Below are positions 62,001 through 64,000 of a stretch of DNA of 64,000 bases, one piece after another. How positions within the stretch are numbered: position 1 is the stretch's first letter; every line of letters starts with the position of its first letter. This DNA comes from Lepidodermella squamata (taxonomy: Eukaryota; Animalia; Gastrotricha): NCBI GenBank assembly GCA_047495785.1, contig JBLDXI010000004.1, positions 496,001 to 560,000 on the forward strand, given 5' to 3'. The position numbers and the translations under genes are program-made. Below the pieces are notes generated by a model, which was not told the DNA's origin, searched no databases, and saw nothing but the letters and a program-made list of their open reading frames with translations.

Positions 62001-62682
62001 TCAGAAACTTGTCTCTACGCAATTTGGAAATGGCACTATGTACTTCACGCCTTTGTACTTCATACAAACAGCTGGGGCGATTATTTGCTCCAGTTTGATG
62101 TAGATATCTTCGCCATTGTCGGTAGCTGTTGAATCGACTTTATGAACTTGCACTCCTCGGAACAGTTTTCCAGTGAACTTCAAAGCTTTCACGTAGGTTA
62201 TATCTTGATAGCAGATCAGATACCTCACCTTCGCGAAGATTTTCGGACCAATTTGCAGATAATCGCCAGCGGCTATGCTGATTTTCTTGGCCATGACATT
62301 GCAAATACCACGAGTCCATTTTCTTATCACCACTTTTTCATCAATCATCAAACTCAAATCCCGGTAAAGATAGTAAGATGAGTAAGTGTTGACAACCGAC
62401 TCAGCGCCGAGCCCGATCAACTTGGCATTTGAAGACTTCACGACGGTGCCAACATGGCGATAGCCATTAGACAAAAGCTGCAGAGCCCATTCCGGAGGGT
62501 CTTTCGCAGAAATCAGTAGTTCCATTAACAACACACGGTCAACACTTTGGACCACAACTCCGTTGCCACTGGTAAGGTACCGAACGAGTTGACCGGCCTT
62601 GCTCTCGAAACCAAAGGTGCTATACTTGAACAATGGCCCGAAATTTTCAACGTCCTCGTGCATGTGTTCCGCTTGGTGGACA
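62001..62682 (-). pseudogene. CMC transposase C-terminal fragment cut by Helitron insertion
   Basis: VH..EH...V..FGPL..YS.F.FES motif; the first ~23 residues of ORF 62001-62750 derive from the Helitron end. Confidence 0.8.
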
Positions 62683-62819
62683 CTAGTATAACAGGCGCCC
62701 GCTTCGCGGGCGCCAATGTATGTATACCGGATTGACGATTTGGAAAGCAATAAAAGGAAAGACTCAGTTTTATTTCACACTAAACAACCGCAATTCAAGG
62801 AAGAAAAAAGCGGAGATAA

Positions 62820-63440
62820 TTAATAATCGGTGTAAATTTCATGAGAGGTGAGGTTGCATTCTTCGGCTTCTTTCTCAGGGTTGTCGAACGATATCAGGCA
62901 GTCTTAGAATTAAGAATATTAAAATGGTCATATGTATTTGATGGAAATTTCGCTTTACTCACCGTAGACGTAGCCGGGGTCGACATCCTCCAGATACATG
63001 TGTACAATGGCAACGGTGCAGTTGACTTCTTGCATTTCTCGCCCTAATCGCCTGAAACCGCGTGAATCCAAGTGAGAGGACATCGCCTGTCGCCAATTGC
63101 TGACATACGCTGTCCGCCACGTCTTAATCCAGATGAAGTAGTACCCCATATCTGGGTCGTCGTCAAACTCGGGGTCCCAGTAGTCCTCGGCATCCTCATC
63201 AAGTCGAGAGTCATCCGGGCTGCAAGATTCATATAGGAATTTCCATCCAGGAAATTTTGGTACGAAGCCAACGCCGCAAATCTCAAATATCTCTTGAAAA
63301 ATTTGTAGAATACCACACCTGGAAACGGATTCTCGCAGATCTCGGTACCAGAAGACGTACTCTTCGGGGATTTCGTAATAAACGCGATAACGGTCAGTGT
63401 AATACCAACTGGGGTACATATTAGTCGAAATATTATTCTG
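62820..63440 (-). CDS. Unknown aromatic/acidic protein carried in the Helitron 3' region
   Basis: ~160-codon Trp/Tyr/Asp-rich exon (MYPSWYYTDRYRVYYEIPEEY..EDYWDPEFDDDPDMGYYFIW..) ending at a GTGAG donor; probable last exon ~62820-62903. Confidence 0.5.
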
Positions 63441-63633
63441 ATCTAAAAAAATAATTTGAATTAAATAAATTAGGGAGAGGAGATAGTTTGTGGACGAAAT
63501 TCTGACGTCCACAACTGGGGAAGAATAAAATTTGAGATCATGAAAAGTGAAGAATTCTGGAAAATGAATTATGCTATGCGGATAGAATAGAAAAAATTAG
63601 GTAAAGCTGGATGTAAGAAGTGGCTATAAGCCA

Positions 63634-64000
63634 TCATTTCAGCAACACCTCAGGATAGACAACATTGACGGTGTAGTACTGCTTTGTCTTCTTGTCGTAG
63701 TGGCTGAAAACAATAAGGTTTCGTGGATCTCGAACGCGAGATAAAGCGACGTAAAGCTGGCCGTGAGTAAAAACTGGGTGGTTGGCCAGATGTAAGCCGA
63801 CAACGTTGAAGGTTTGTCCTGTAAAATAAAAGAATGAATAAATAATCGGTAAACGAAGGAAATGTAATGGTTCACCTTGACTTTTGTTGATTGTCATAGC
63901 GAAAGCAAGTCTTATTGGAAACTGTTGCCGCTTCATTGGAACAGGGAAAACGCTCTCATCGGTGTTGAAATCAATTCGTGGAATGAGAACAACCTCGCCT
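63634..64000 (-). CDS. Helitron RepHel PIF1-type helicase C-terminus (partial)
   Basis: VLIPRI..RQQFPIRLAFAMTINKSQG / intron / QTFNVVGL..VFTHGQLYVALSRV..NVVYPEVL. Confidence 0.95.
   Translation of the reverse strand, partial: GEVVLIPRIDFNTDESVFPVPMKRQQFPIRLAFAMTINKSQGEPLHFLRLPIIYSFFYFTGQTFNVVGLHLANHPVFTHGQLYVALSRVRDPRNLIVFSHYDKKTKQYYTVNVVYPEVLLK

Larger units (their letters stand above)
58466..62682 (-). mobile_element. Second CMC/EnSpm-like element (one end visible), host of the MULE and Helitron insertions
   Basis: TA|CCCTG terminus and AGGCT-rich subterminal repeats continuing on both sides of the MULE. Transposase C-terminus at 62001-62682 (VHQAEHMHEDVENFGPLFKYSTFGFES). Confidence 0.6.
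62683..64000 (-). mobile_element. Helitron, 3' portion
   Basis: Minus-strand 3' terminus: hairpin GGCGCCCGC-GAA-GCGGGCGCC, 7 nt, then CTAG|T. A PIF1 helicase C-terminus lies upstream. Confidence 0.92.

Overview
Eukaryotic, AT-rich invertebrate DNA with short GT-AG introns and frequent TTTCAG/TTTTAG acceptors; the taxon cannot be assigned from the sequence alone. The host content is a cluster of secreted-protein genes built from tandem copies of a ~40-50 aa four-cysteine module that I do not recognise. There are at least 7 loci, most ending in 1-2 C-type lectin-like domains (CTLD). A small two-finger C2H2 gene co-duplicates tail-to-tail with them, and there is also an EGF/CTLD mosaic gene. The cluster is heavily invaded by transposons. 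These include a 2.75-kb near-perfect inverted duplication (2794-5543 / 7124-9873) carrying a Gypsy LTR+gag with a snap-back hairpin at its central junction, and an 11.7-kb CACTA element containing a CR1-type LINE. There is also a FLYWCH-MULE and a Helitron nested in a second CMC element, remnants of RLE and RTE LINEs, and many MITEs. Exon structures were read by eye and need RNA confirmation.
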